Made by a program: the position numbers and the translations under genes
DNA from: Pseudomonadota bacterium
GTDB taxonomy: Bacteria > Pseudomonadota > Gammaproteobacteria > Burkholderiales > Burkholderiaceae_C
Reading direction: 5' to 3'
Length of the DNA stretch: 64,000 nt
Assembly: GCA_021846965.1 (NCBI GenBank)
Contig: JAJZWA010000011.1
Span: 244-64,243 of the forward strand
Shown: positions 51,101 through 54,437 of the stretch, one piece after another
Numbering within the stretch: position 1 is the stretch's first letter
Layout of the letters: each line of letters starts with the position of its first letter
Notes under the pieces: model-generated
What the model was told of the DNA's origin: nothing
The model's database searches: none
The model's input: the letters and a program-made list of their open reading frames with translations, nothing else

Positions 51101-53266
51101 GGCGCCGCCTTGCGAGGCCGTGGCCGCGGTGCTCATGGACAGCACGGTGGTGCCCGAAAGCATGAGGTCCCCGGCCGAGTGCACGCTGGCCGATCCGTCG
51201 ATCTCCGCGGTGGTCTGAACCTTCACGATGTTGACCGCCACGCTGGCGCCGGCCGATGCGCCCGAGGCATCTGCGGTGGCCGAGGAGCTCACGGTGTTGG
51301 TGGCGCCCAGGGACAGCAGGCTGCCGGCGCCGGTGGTGCTCACCGTCGAGCTGCCGCCGACTTCCACGCTGGACACGCTGGTGACCTGGTTCACGGCGGC
51401 CGCTGCGTCGGCCGGCAGCGACAACGTGAGCGGAAGCGCCGCGGTGCTGGCCGCTGCGGCGTTTGCGTCGGCCGACAGGGTCATCGTGCCGGAGGAACTG
51501 AGGTTGGAGTCCCCGAGGATGCTCACCGAGGCGAGCACATCCGCCGACGCGGAGGCGCCGATGGCCGTGAGCTGCTGGCCGCCACTGGCCACCGCCATCG
51601 CGCTGAGGGTTCCAAAGGCCGTGATGTCGGCGTTCTGGATGCTCACCACCGCGTGGTCGTAGGAGTTCTGCGCCAGCTGCGAAGTGGCCTGCAGGGAAAT
51701 GTTCCCTCCCTCCAGCACCGCGGCCTGCCCGCTGGTATCACCGATGGCGATTTGCGCCGCATAGCTCGGGGTGGCGTTCGCGCTGAGCTGGATGGAGCCG
51801 GCCCCGGGGCCGCTTCCGCTCAGCAGTTGCGCGCCGCCCCCGATGGTGATGGACGGGGCGCTCAGGGAAATGCTCCCGCCGCCCGTCGTGCCGCTGGCCT
51901 CGGTATCGATGACGCCGTCGGCGGCCACCGTGATGGAGTGCGAAGCCAGCAAGGTCAGGCTGCCGCCGTTGGTGGTGTAGGCGCTGTCGTTGCCGGCGTT
52001 GATCACCAGATCGATGGGGTCGATGAGCAGCGTGCCGGCACGACCGTCGGTGGCCCCGAGATTGACCTGCAGGCTGCCGAGGGTGGCCGTGTCCTGCGCC
52101 GACAACTCGATGCTGCCGGCGTTGCCGCTGGAGCCGGCCTGCGCCCGCAGCGTGGCCCCGGAGGCCACGCGCAGATCGTGCGCGGCCTTCACGGCGATGG
52201 AGCCTCCATCGGAGGCGGTGCCGGAGCCGGCCGCGCTCAGCACGCTGCTCGCCGCCACGTCGATGTCCCGCCCGGCGTGCAGGGTGATGGCGCCGGCGTT
52301 CACCCCGGGCGCGCCATCGGCGACGATCTGGCCGCCCATCCGCAGATCGCGTCCGGCGGACACGCTGACGCCGCCCGCGGAGGTCCTGGACGCCGCCGCG
52401 CTGAGCGTGCCGTCGATGGTGACATCCTGCGCCGCGACGATGCGGATGCTGCCGCCGCTGGCGACGATGGCCCCGCCTTGCGCCAGCCCCTGGGTGTTGA
52501 CGGTGGCCTGGAACAGCGTGTCGTGCTGCGCCGCCGACGGCGCCTGCGCGCTGGCCGCCGCGACCAGCACGTCGTGCGCGTAGATCTGCACGCCGCCGCG
52601 GGCGCGCACGCTTCCCTGGATCAACACCGATCCGTCGGCGGACAAGGGCACGTCGCCCGCCAGCAGACGCTGCGACAAGGCCGTATCGATATGGCCGGAA
52701 GCGTCGATCAGCTGGTCCAGCACGCCCGAGGTGGGCGTGACCACGGTGAAGCCGCCCACGTCGACCACGCCGGATCGGCCGACGATCAGCCCGTTCGGGT
52801 CGGCAAACACGACATTGCCGCCCAGCGTACCGTTCTTGTACGAGCGCAGGGTTCCCTCGATGTCCACGGGGGCGTCGCGCACGACGTTGAGCAGCGTGCC
52901 CGCGCTCGCCGGAACCAGCAGGTTGACTTGCTTGCCCGCACCGACCACGAAGCGGCTGAAACTGTTGTATCCCACGCCCGCGCGCACGGTCGCGGTGGAG
53001 ACATTGGTGATCTGCCCCGGCAGGTTCACCACGCTGGTCGCGGTGCGCCCGTCGGGCGTGATCAGATTCCCCGCGGGGGCGACGGCGGCACCGGCCCAGG
53101 AGGCCTGCGCGAATCCCATGGCCAGCGCCAGCACCAGGGTGGCCGGTGCGAGCACCTGCCCGGCGGGCAAGGCGCGGCCCCGCGCCGCCCTGCGCCCGCT
53201 GAAGGAGGACCGGCGGCGCGAGCCCGCCCCCGGCGCCGCGCGCTGGACCTTGGCTGTGCCCCCCAT
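33188..53266 (-). CDS. Giant TpsA exoprotein, leukotoxin-LktA-like filamentous adhesin (6,692 aa)
   Basis: Uninterrupted 20-kb ORF; signal peptide; TPS secretion domain (YNSFSRF...VNL...LLNVV...GNVVFADPNG, NPxG-like); long Gly/Ala/Ser/Val beta-helix-type repeats; adjacent tpsB. Confidence 0.93.
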   Translation of the reverse strand: MGGTAKVQRAAPGAGSRRRSSFSGRRAARGRALPAGQVLAPATLVLALAMGFAQASWAGAAVAPAGNLITPDGRTATSVVNLPGQITNVSTATVRAGVGYNSFSRFVVGAGKQVNLLVPASAGTLLNVVRDAPVDIEGTLRSYKNGTLGGNVVFADPNGLIVGRSGVVDVGGFTVVTPTSGVLDQLIDASGHIDTALSQRLLAGDVPLSADGSVLIQGSVRARGGVQIYAHDVLVAAASAQAPSAAQHDTLFQATVNTQGLAQGGAIVASGGSIRIVAAQDVTIDGTLSAAASRTSAGGVSVSAGRDLRMGGQIVADGAPGVNAGAITLHAGRDIDVAASSVLSAAGSGTASDGGSIAVKAAHDLRVASGATLRAQAGSSGNAGSIELSAQDTATLGSLQVNLGATDGRAGTLLIDPIDLVINAGNDSAYTTNGGSLTLLASHSITVAADGVIDTEASGTTGGGSISLSAPSITIGGGAQLLSGSGPGAGSIQLSANATPSYAAQIAIGDTSGQAAVLEGGNISLQATSQLAQNSYDHAVVSIQNADITAFGTLSAMAVASGGQQLTAIGASASADVLASVSILGDSNLSSSGTMTLSADANAAAASTAALPLTLSLPADAAAAVNQVTSVSSVEVGGSSTVSTTGAGSLLSLGATNTVSSSATADASGASAGASVAVNIVKVQTTAEIDGSASVHSAGDLMLSGTTVLSMSTAATASQGGASSSPDPGGQAAQYLSDPSYTPYLSTSDGSVGAAAALAISDLHSATQVDMSSTSQATAAGQVSLNGSAANGASVLADGSPAGDSTSKLGIGAAVALNLAHVSDDATVAQDIQAGSLSLSANMSGGIAGNAFSAQAVSGAGASSVGVAGSLATDLLDSEAEARVVSGTLSLSGGSGGVHLSSDDLTSSTVAALPQGAGVSGGKVGVGASVGLNIVATRSYAQLADGVALSGAGAVSLTADASHVVSTQADQGSAGGVSVTPVVALSLVNDQTQASIGALSGGLQATGPVQVTAEQTATEATEASGTAAGSKAAVGAALAVSVINDSVVATTSTSVDSTGDVGFSATGVSLSVASATASASGGNGSNSDGSAPSGEDSSVDAKIQKQSDSAETKAGDAGVGSSSQQSQDGSSSGSENGQGSTSDGSVAVAAAIAVDVANSSVQAYVPAAVGVKAGGALSVSTVSNMDARTQADGSQVAGGGTSVGIGAAVAVTLAHQVNDATLGAGSALSAAPSVGMLAAGQYEAGSLSLTALQTDQGVASPAVPGSSSAGPATVDLSQNGVNEREDLFSASATSGAGASKVGVAGSLALDLVDSEAVAKLASGTLSLSGGSGGVQLSSDDLTSSTVAALPQGAGASGGKVGVGASVGLNIVATRSYAQLADGVALSGAGAVSLTADASHVVSTQADQGSAGGVSVTPVVALSLVNDQTQASIGALSGGLQATGPVQVTAEQTATEATEASGTAAGSKAAVGAALAVSVINDSVVATTSTSVDSTGDVGFSATGVSLSVASATASASGGNGSNSDGSAPSGEDSSVDAKIQKQSDSAETKAGDAGVGSSSQQSQDGSSSGSENGQGSTSDGSVAVAAAIAVDVANSSVQAYVPAAVGVKAGGALSVSTVSNMDARTQADGSQVAGGGTSVGIGAAVAVTLAHQVNDATLGAGSALSAAPSVGMLAAGQYEAGSLSLTALQTDQGVASPAVPGSSSAGPATVDLSQNGVNEREDLFSASATSGAGASKVGLAGSLAVNVIQSDSSASVQGSGTLLRIDGGAVDIGAANLMQADASATPSDTGASGGKLGVGASVALNTITETSQASIADQVSLAGTLGSLDVGASSTTDTSSTAQAGAAGGVAVDAVVAMSILSETTTATVGSGDAFTTAGGVDISASSEGTNTATATASVKGSGSSVAIGGSVALITGPGILGATSGGSAITSQTTASLNRDATIGAGLQILASSSRSYDAESTASASGNQFSSAMQSGNDSTSGGGSVASGDTLNTSQAQSAMSQGASDSGTTQSKASGSSGSQGKVSVAAAVGAAIVGDQVQASIGGGAQGARRTISVGGAVLVSAGNQGDVYTEGDGSTDTSSKVGVGVGVALSLVDNASSASIGSHTNLYTPGAVSVQAISSENQDPGFVDARASAVAMSGASAGKVAVAGSIAVAASLSSTSASIGDEVQIGQPGTNGMGAAGDLSVQADNTSSWAANAWSGSSSNQGVGIGASIAAVISTDSYTAAVGQNDDLHGASLSVTATNHKVDNPLSGVTKLAGDASSAASATSSQLGTSLSQDASTLQTTLTSLAGQGLRLALLGQTNFLAEAGAGAASGNSAAIAGAFAVEVVDNTVSAGIGASTTVHSTGSVSVKAADDTVAKALLGGAAASAGSAGVGVAGAFLYDDSSIQSQLGTGVDIASSAALDVGAAASQDVQLFGFSAGAADEAGVAGVIGLITSQREVGATVGAGSSIQSSGAVDVSASNDFSALNIGGSLGAGGSAGVGATLIATTITDGATALLDSSQADPTQVLGASSLTVGASTSENVINVAVAGSAGGDVAISGVATPLTEVITTAANIGSNALITTSGELEVDAADQSQVVNVGGGVAAAGSVGVGLTAAVTTLDNSITAGIGSGAQITAASLDVQADASTVAYNIAVAGGIGGDVGVSGVLTPVTQTDTVSASIGQDVGITTTDAATGFVDVNASNNTHILNVGGAIGVGGAAGVGGSAAASVLDDTTQATMLDGTSVSAAGAVQVGASADENVSTAVITGAAGGSAGVAVALASSDIVDTTQAYIGYGATVDAASVDVAASDLSTISDIAGAAGGGGAAGVGAGVDVNVLKKNTHAWIGIEAVGAQGTAALVHASSGDVTVQAASSETLSSVVAGAAVGGAAGVAGAVQTYVLLGDTEAGIGAGDTVTAYGNVAVLASDDDGLGAVVGGAAGGGAAGVGASIGVSVVQQTTLAGIGAGAQVSALGNGNSQSLTSGFGDQFNGQQAAQPTTSDGALNEGNNLLGSNQGSLVTRTVAPITRDVHGVLVNAVATASLDAAAVSGAVGGAVGAAISGAVPVVISDTEASIGSGAVVDGGANSGASAAQSVAVAAASNLYVRGITGAGGGGGAVGVGAGLLTNVIDNTTKAFIDGGASVAAQSNVDVSANAGEDFSGLTASAGLGGVAGIAGGATVLVVDDTTLATIDGTVDAGGSVVVSADDQTNAALTAGSAGIGGAAGVGAGIGVAVLIKDTEAHVGSGAVINAGGQGSDSAFLLYTAGDSAATSAGQGLLVSADSAQSLDSLALAGAGGAYAGVAGAVSVQAVSTTTIASIDGGARINTQTPGAGSGQNVDVAARDNTALYAVDASAGVGIAGVGGSVNVAVLTSNTQASIGDNAVVDAAGAVSVAAYSNKAVDASVFGVGGGVFGLGASINVLAISNGQSANGSSGSDTQTIGALTTSSGGQSVGDNANSQMHDNTIGNDYLSQSSNSDVSSASASAQSTQDSTSASAVLSGQGQTGTSASIGNATVHAGGSITVASDDKVTVSNLSGALGAGGVGIGAGVGVAIDNTRNSASVSGAAGSGASLSGSQLEVSADTQHTLGVQSYAGGVGLLAGADAVVAYTGDSSQTQASVSDASVSSPGEVDITATSNRALNSTGSGAAAGGMAAGAAVSIAQLSGSEQASADAATFGTPTAQVGSVDIQANSTDSANASSLAVSAGIGIAVEGSVATATLSPQVQAFFDNGSIDSAGAVNIGAEADNLVAANASGGALALLGAAGASVATATQGAQVSADVNTATIDAASLSIDAGLGQASPPSEGVSATASGASGALFVGINASAASAINQSSAIASAEYANFDVQGLVDLEGQSQTAQSAVVTGYVAAGLLALGANEATATSTTTTHALLSDMSGLSAGSLTVNAAGNDGNVAQATAGSGAAFAGSAAQAMTVSQADTQAGIENLPPANAPTQPLQTFAVAVPSGQVRITATHTASFGGGVDSTNAAIVGASGATLDNQVHSVVAADLGPLVHVVADGFTLDARNLVGSLPAPLAGGWNVQSGSGGLLNAPAAGSDTTLGLVSTANVGDGASVHLLAQADPSSPSLLFIEAYNDPVVQQSVKMDSGGAIALAEVSDNISVNDSAVVSIGNQSQLLVDAGDIQIGAWGNASLYGLAYASTYGLAGAPTGQAHLDYTGNDLVSIGTNAQVQASHGVYPAGGTAPTDGTVRIAAGDSPTGQQSSLSLDSEVQLYNNTAIPIPTPPDAQSNIVSNALVAIAADPANQAGATDPAQGAPYGVSAAGDITISADKGAMSTTATGTGTNIYLEALSKVASAVSNLFGGGSVSFKITGGSTSQTGGSAILDQGLVDTGIQRQKTLTIRYANSAQDAGGSCDPSQSACLAAGTSNGISYTTTTIAPGGDLVARYYHLQQLLAEYSQDPIAKGAYQNEINFIEKELIGLGMGSIDTNGDFVLSSTLQASQQAAQQNLGQDQQILSFTGANLGVALTSLSGNDAQYATAIYNLSLNQQSPYSLVPLANAALGIISGMNNYAAYTAAANGNTPAAAGYSELQDLGVQEQSVRTAVGDITNEAASNTQAQTDITGQVSSITTMAVQVNGASATSARTLSGNFATLVANAQGQISGDLQAIDTNLANEDKQAATIYSAAQSLNSDLSALAQGSITAASSSNNAQNALHNQDEATYAGLVGGSGALYTLNNVTLGGLQNLASNMHADYLGEHATYGVLSASSSTAGSLAQYASQLVAQANTVAGDLVAAATSPVKVLEIQVAPVYARIGNVNLNADVLTTSTTALTPELNALLPVNSSYTASAQGIIAAPGDALIRIDNYTANPLAIGSLTIPAVAAGYVVFNGTDVSTPDQVTAINVGGAASDLEAQNLITRANSAAPAISITSNYNPNDGGYYNSNYSGSLYYLKHQMIAPDLTLNQGAAISNANGPVTIVSYDGNIYQDGSIDAQSLSITAYNGDYSSSYTDSIDNQGGNPATQNPATTGTSCADAAGNAITGPCANQSGLQSTIVNGNISIAARYLNINSLIQSGMVDNALSIASGDLLTTSDLASIGESSTNPTIAQYTSNPVAGAGSLVLVNTDSQGHHLWVDTANGQVEFKAAYANDYYQAHSTSGANFVYKLLSPGSTIQASYDATQQRYVVDPTEVHGGYIQLYGQIIDSSPTAGKLSVLDGFGSIDIQNQTSAPVVLSSLSTGADTAGGGRGTEGMIQITDVRLDPNNASVVDWRQTQYTYDPAANQVQSTVSTATLGVDGLPVHPVSSPGTSVDGRDTTYAPLSQGARYVFATQTQYTKVTNFSTTSANLFGSSSLSLGQFSNVDNVQVTANQSEVLPNGSFISTSSTQTGGGGLTPLGSSGQYVVTSDPGITTVPNSTLESKGSVQSTTYYLDSWNQVATGSSSSCNWLTLCVVQNDTTTYQLTQHYTQTTKTSLKADYPIGIDFQGSSTGSIQVQSVGSVVLDGALGNASGSTSINVTGAGASIVAGATGATITAHDIGLQAAGSIGGVTDSAAGAPVQAPVSVQLTGGALSAVAGANGGSGDVSISGIGQLVVDQVSANAASGQSAVSLSADQGILGANPGSLVRADAVWLDAGHGDLGGVAGGALAVDTGFTTDQNLRPFGPPTAQGATLYYGLQAQAAGDIDILSGAWADNPSGNLLADTVVSLGGDVTLSAPGQILDNNPVQTIDQRTQQQLLSYWQSLGLTAGQANTQKIAQTQSAYQSSVTQEYQQYWAIRLSQPDHGLSYDPNYQVSFSQQQRDALDAEDKGVDITALEQAQTQQYHTLNSEVGGLTSSYVANYQYHAPAATLQSLTQGATWTNDELSFSLSAALLKTVTNTNDVVKAPNVSGRTVSLDAGQGVGETIQTGNGSNNQYGTVIAAGTRPSTLSVDQQAQLASAEASDLQLTVAYAGGTANVPLDAPYSALSAQQQAALDAAASGQAYTQGSYLTILTKRPLNVSASGSLNLSVQAVPNGGLDIGNAYVASRGSLALGSIVVPGEARIKVLDSIANAGASNIATGNIILEAADGTIGNLLAHGGVGGLALALDSGATITARAQDGVYLAAGMGVAQDALVSTLYSPGTVSLSAPGSILNAGQGSNLNILADQVDLSASGGSIGAQGDALNVGVTTAGGSITADAPTPGQSVWLYGPAGYAFVIGGVDSGDLVNLQSAGDSTIAGAVDALGQVALQAGGEQVFGAGGSVLSTAGSVTLGADSLKMLNGSGIDALVGDISIDTTGDALVTGLNSGSGDARAVLIDAGGHVLAGTAPGRTDILADAPGAGVSIQAGLGIGDETEADTEAFDAPGEAPGTADSISPTPNPLIIGTGSLTLSSTQGDIDVITTAPVGAGSVAALDGSVNLLAQQDLSLSGISAALGSISVQGDGAVTLGTVSSGGSQSLQAAGPLTLGDLLTTGLPTDPGNIVLGSSGGGIRVTSVNGHAGLSATAQGSIEFGALSIRGPLDLSSQTSLSLPVVTVGSGSSFAAPTIDIAGIVPAAGSTGPFELDLGGPQGSVGLYASVSIDTTLPVVLGSLRESQATIQSNSPDFRILDGYILQNLVLSLPDQLLDINSQSPRPAGPQIVSIYNPGLSFQLSQLGDLTLTTAFFVNNTTTSQLGYLLGKGMIQNQNFVDDFVRGLRNGDAEVLAGDTGQSLGSWFSVFQAPPLFGSDFGFAWPSQPAVDLQQPGGDEGLRRKHGALIVSRL
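48057..49202. repeat. Copy of a 1,308-bp-period in-frame tandem duplication in tpsA (partner 49365-50510)
   Basis: The offset is exactly 1,308 bp (436 codons). Shadow ORFs 48445..48711/49753..50019 and 48621..48989/49929..50297 translate identically. First mismatch at 49203/50511; near-identity continues to about 49304/50612. Confidence 0.95.
49365..50510. repeat. Second copy of the 1,308-bp-period duplication in tpsA
   Basis: Matches 48057-49202 at every position I spot-checked. Confidence 0.95.
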
Positions 53267-53347
53267 CGCCCTTCCCCCCGGCGCCCTCGGCGCCCTGTCG
53301 TTGTTCTCGTCCCCCCGCGGCGGCGGGCGGATCGCATACGGCCGGCT

Positions 53348-54115
53348 TCAGCCGGCCATGCCCTCGTCCTCGGTCTGCCGGGCCTCGCCCTGGAGCGGCT
53401 CGCCCTGCACCTGCCTGCGCAGAACCTCGACCGCGCGCAGGCTGAACAAATGCGCGTAGATGGGCACCAGGAAGCCGCCGTCGCGCAGGCGCAGCCATTG
53501 CTCGGCCGACAGCGCGTCGAGCCGGGCCTCGTCGATGGTCATGAAACCGTGGATCACGGCGCTGCCTGCCTGCCCGACCGTGGTCTCGATGGTGACGTTG
53601 CGCAGCAATTGAAGCTCGTGCACCAGGGACAGGAAGGCCTGGGTCCTGGCGGCGGCCTGGTAGTACTTGTCCACCAGGTCCACGCAGCCTGCCAGCAGCG
53701 GGGTCTCCCGGCCCTCTTCGTCGAACAGCCGTGCCCCTTGCGAATCGCCCAGCAGGCCGCTGCGCTCGTCGATGCATGTGACGGGGGATGAGCCGCTGAT
53801 CTCGCCGCGCATGAACGGATAGCGCCGCACGAAGGCCGGCAGGTAGGCACCGGTCCATCGGCCCTGCTCGTCGACGAACAGGTTGCGCTGGGGACGCACG
53901 CCCACCAGAAACACCGTGGTCGGGAAGGGCTGCGCCGGTGCGAACACGATGGGCAGGTGCGCCAGCGCGGCTGCGAACTCGTCGACCACCGCGGGGATCA
54001 CATGGGTGCCCCTGCAGAAGCCAAAGCGGGTCGGCGAATCGTCCAGGCGCAGCTCGCGATGGCGTTCGCGGTTGAGCGCCACGACCGATTGATAGAACAG
54101 CGGGTTTGTCTCCAT
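53348..54115 (-). CDS. sapC: SapC family protein
   Basis: PLFYQSVVALNRERH...IPAVVDEF...LPIVF...NLFVDEQGRWTGAYLPAFVRRYPF...CIDE...RLFDEEGRETPLL, the SapC pattern. ATG 54115 has a GGGGAGG RBS. Confidence 0.88.
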   Translation of the reverse strand: METNPLFYQSVVALNRERHRELRLDDSPTRFGFCRGTHVIPAVVDEFAAALAHLPIVFAPAQPFPTTVFLVGVRPQRNLFVDEQGRWTGAYLPAFVRRYPFMRGEISGSSPVTCIDERSGLLGDSQGARLFDEEGRETPLLAGCVDLVDKYYQAAARTQAFLSLVHELQLLRNVTIETTVGQAGSAVIHGFMTIDEARLDALSAEQWLRLRDGGFLVPIYAHLFSLRAVEVLRRQVQGEPLQGEARQTEDEGMAG

Positions 54116-54155
54116 CCCCTCCCCCAAGGATTGTTCATTTTTGTGGGCGGCATGC

Positions 54156-54180
54156 CTGGAAAAGCTCATGGGCTTTCCAG
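54156..54180 (-). promoter_or_regulatory. Hairpin at the predicted 5' end of the sapC leader
   Basis: CTGGAAAAGC-TCATGG-GCTTTCCAG, 9 bp with a single bulge. Confidence 0.4.
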
Positions 54181-54189
54181 CTTCCTTCC

Positions 54190-54217
54190 ACATTAGGCGA
54201 GCCTGACGGCGTGTCAA
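54190..54217 (-). promoter_or_regulatory. Candidate sigma70 promoter for sapC-tpsA-tpsB
   Basis: Minus strand TTGACA (54217-54212), 16-nt spacer, TAATGT (54195-54190). The -35 overlaps an inverted repeat TCAAT-N12-ATTGA (54214-54235). Confidence 0.55.
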
Positions 54218-54401
54218 TGCGAACTTAACCATTGAGAAGCGACAGAGCCCACCCCCTTGTTCGCGGGGGAAAACGGGCATGCGAAATCGCCCGGACTGTG
54301 CCGGGCAGCGCGCTGCTTGGCGCAGGAACAAGCCAGGAGGGGCGACAGGAAATTGCGTCTCCATGTAAAGACGCGCCTGCGCGTTGTGACAAAGCGACGC
54401 C

Positions 54402-54436
54402 AAAAAAACGACGATCCCGCCCCTTCCACCGGGGCG
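54402..54436 (-). terminator. Possible intrinsic terminator after the P-type ATPase gene
   Basis: Minus strand CGCCCC-GGTGGAA-GGGGCG hairpin followed 9 nt later by T7. The displaced U-tract makes it imperfect. Confidence 0.35.
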
Positions 54437-54437
54437 T

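Noticed and set aside
33188-53266. Contact-dependent inhibition (CdiA) or a true leukotoxin
   Set aside because: No VENN/pre-toxin motif, toxin domain or immunity ORF is visible. LktA-like refers to the architecture only.
53160-53266. Twin-arginine (Tat) signal in the TpsA N-terminus (SRRRSSF, GRR)
   Set aside because: It does not match S/T-R-R-x-F-L-K, and TpsA proteins cross the inner membrane unfolded via Sec.
39140-53791. Very long plus-strand ORFs (39140..46912, 46940..53791) opposite tpsA
   Set aside because: They are antisense shadows of a high-GC gene, with Arg/Gly/Ala-rich translations and no motifs. The same applies to 6411..9650, 18964..22533, 23018..27001 and most short alternative-frame ORFs.
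53348-54115. S-layer type I secretion locus (sapDEF)
   Set aside because: No ABC exporter, membrane-fusion protein or TolC gene lies near sapC in this window.
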